Assembly (NCBI GenBank): GCA_026414365.1
Contig: JAOAJD010000001.1
Location: 413,745-477,744, forward strand
Direction: 5' to 3'
DNA: 64,000 nucleotides
Source: Candidatus Iainarchaeum sp.
Lineage (GTDB): Archaea > Iainarchaeota > Iainarchaeia > Iainarchaeales > SKW153
Below are positions 63,714 through 64,000 of this stretch, piece by piece (the stretch's first letter is position 1; each line of letters starts with the position of its first letter). A program made the position numbers and the translations under genes. The notes beneath the pieces are model-generated. The model made no database searches. It was given only the letters and a program-made list of their open reading frames with translations, and was not told where the DNA came from.

Positions 63714-64000
63714 TTATTCATTCTTTCTCCTCATTTTGGCGGTTTTTGACAAAGCATCGATTGTTGCTGCAACAAATTCTAATGTAGACCTAGTATTTCC
63801 TTTTGTTTTTACCCAAACATCCTTTATTCCAACCATCCTGAATACATCTTTTATTGCGTCACCTGCAACCAAACCCACTCCTTTTGGCGCAGGTAATAAA
63901 GTTACCCTTACAGAAGAACATTTACCATCTACTTTAAACGGTATTGAGTGAAAGCCATCACAATTGCATTCCCAGCTACCACAACCTTTTTTAACTCTCA
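63714..64000 (-). CDS. rps5: 30S ribosomal protein S5 (uS5), C-terminal part; 5' end outside window
   Basis: My own minus-strand translation: ...RVKKGCGSWECNCDGFHSIPFKVDGKCSSVRVTLLPAPKGVGLVAGDAIKDVFRMVGIKDVWVKTKGNTRSTLEFVAATIDALSKTAKMRRKNE*. It is not in the supplied track because no Met lies inside the window. Confidence 0.88.
   Translation of the reverse strand, partial: RVKKGCGSWECNCDGFHSIPFKVDGKCSSVRVTLLPAPKGVGLVAGDAIKDVFRMVGIKDVWVKTKGNTRSTLEFVAATIDALSKTAKMRRKNE

Overview
Gene-dense, very AT-rich (by eye about a quarter to a third G+C) chromosomal segment of an archaeon. Gene content and style suggest a reduced-genome DPANN-type lineage; this is inference and cannot be verified here. The supporting traits are PolD, Orc1/Cdc6, aIF2-gamma/aIF5B, L7Ae, Rpo3/Rpo7/Rpo10, Kae1 and Bud32, tiny spacers, many 4-nt start/stop overlaps, almost no metabolism, and Lys/Glu-rich protein tails. 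I support 76 protein-coding genes (two cut by the window edges) and one intron-containing tRNA-Leu(UAA). Housekeeping blocks: (i) 7.4-20 kb holds Fap7, aCPSF1, proteasome beta, FKBP, NAC, then orc1/cdc6, a small ORF, hel308 and sepF. (ii) 20.2-25.5 kb holds the UPF0147-DP1-DP2 (PolD) operon. (iii) 26.7-32.3 kb holds secF-secD, carS plus a mini archaeosortase-like gene, sppA and a DUF92 gene. (iv) 37.5-41.2 kb holds a bacterial-type grpE-dnaK-dnaJ operon. (v) 44.8-51.8 kb holds the conserved archaeal array L7Ae-S28e-L24e-ndk-(dut)-aIF5B-S6e-aIF2gamma-PIN-Rpo7-Spt4-S24e-S27ae. (vi) 55.5-64 kb holds the S5-L30-L15-secY-DUF106-L34e-L14e-S13-S4-S11-rpoD-tRNALeu-L18e-L13-S9-rpoN-S2 array. I saw no rRNA, CRISPR array, transposase, integrase, prophage or recognisable defence system. 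The window is mostly core genome, so I do not claim a clear novel multi-gene system. The best second-look candidates are: a PC4-like small protein with an SSB-style acidic tail between orc1/cdc6 and hel308; an HPF/RaiA-like small protein in a wHTH / M50-like protease / 2-TM module divergent from the Hsp70 operon; a 170-aa archaeosortase-like protein translationally coupled to CDP-archaeol synthase; and a 1358-aa lipobox protein with a C-terminal FPF-TM-basic signal. All family calls rest on motif reading by eye and remembered family signatures, with no database search.
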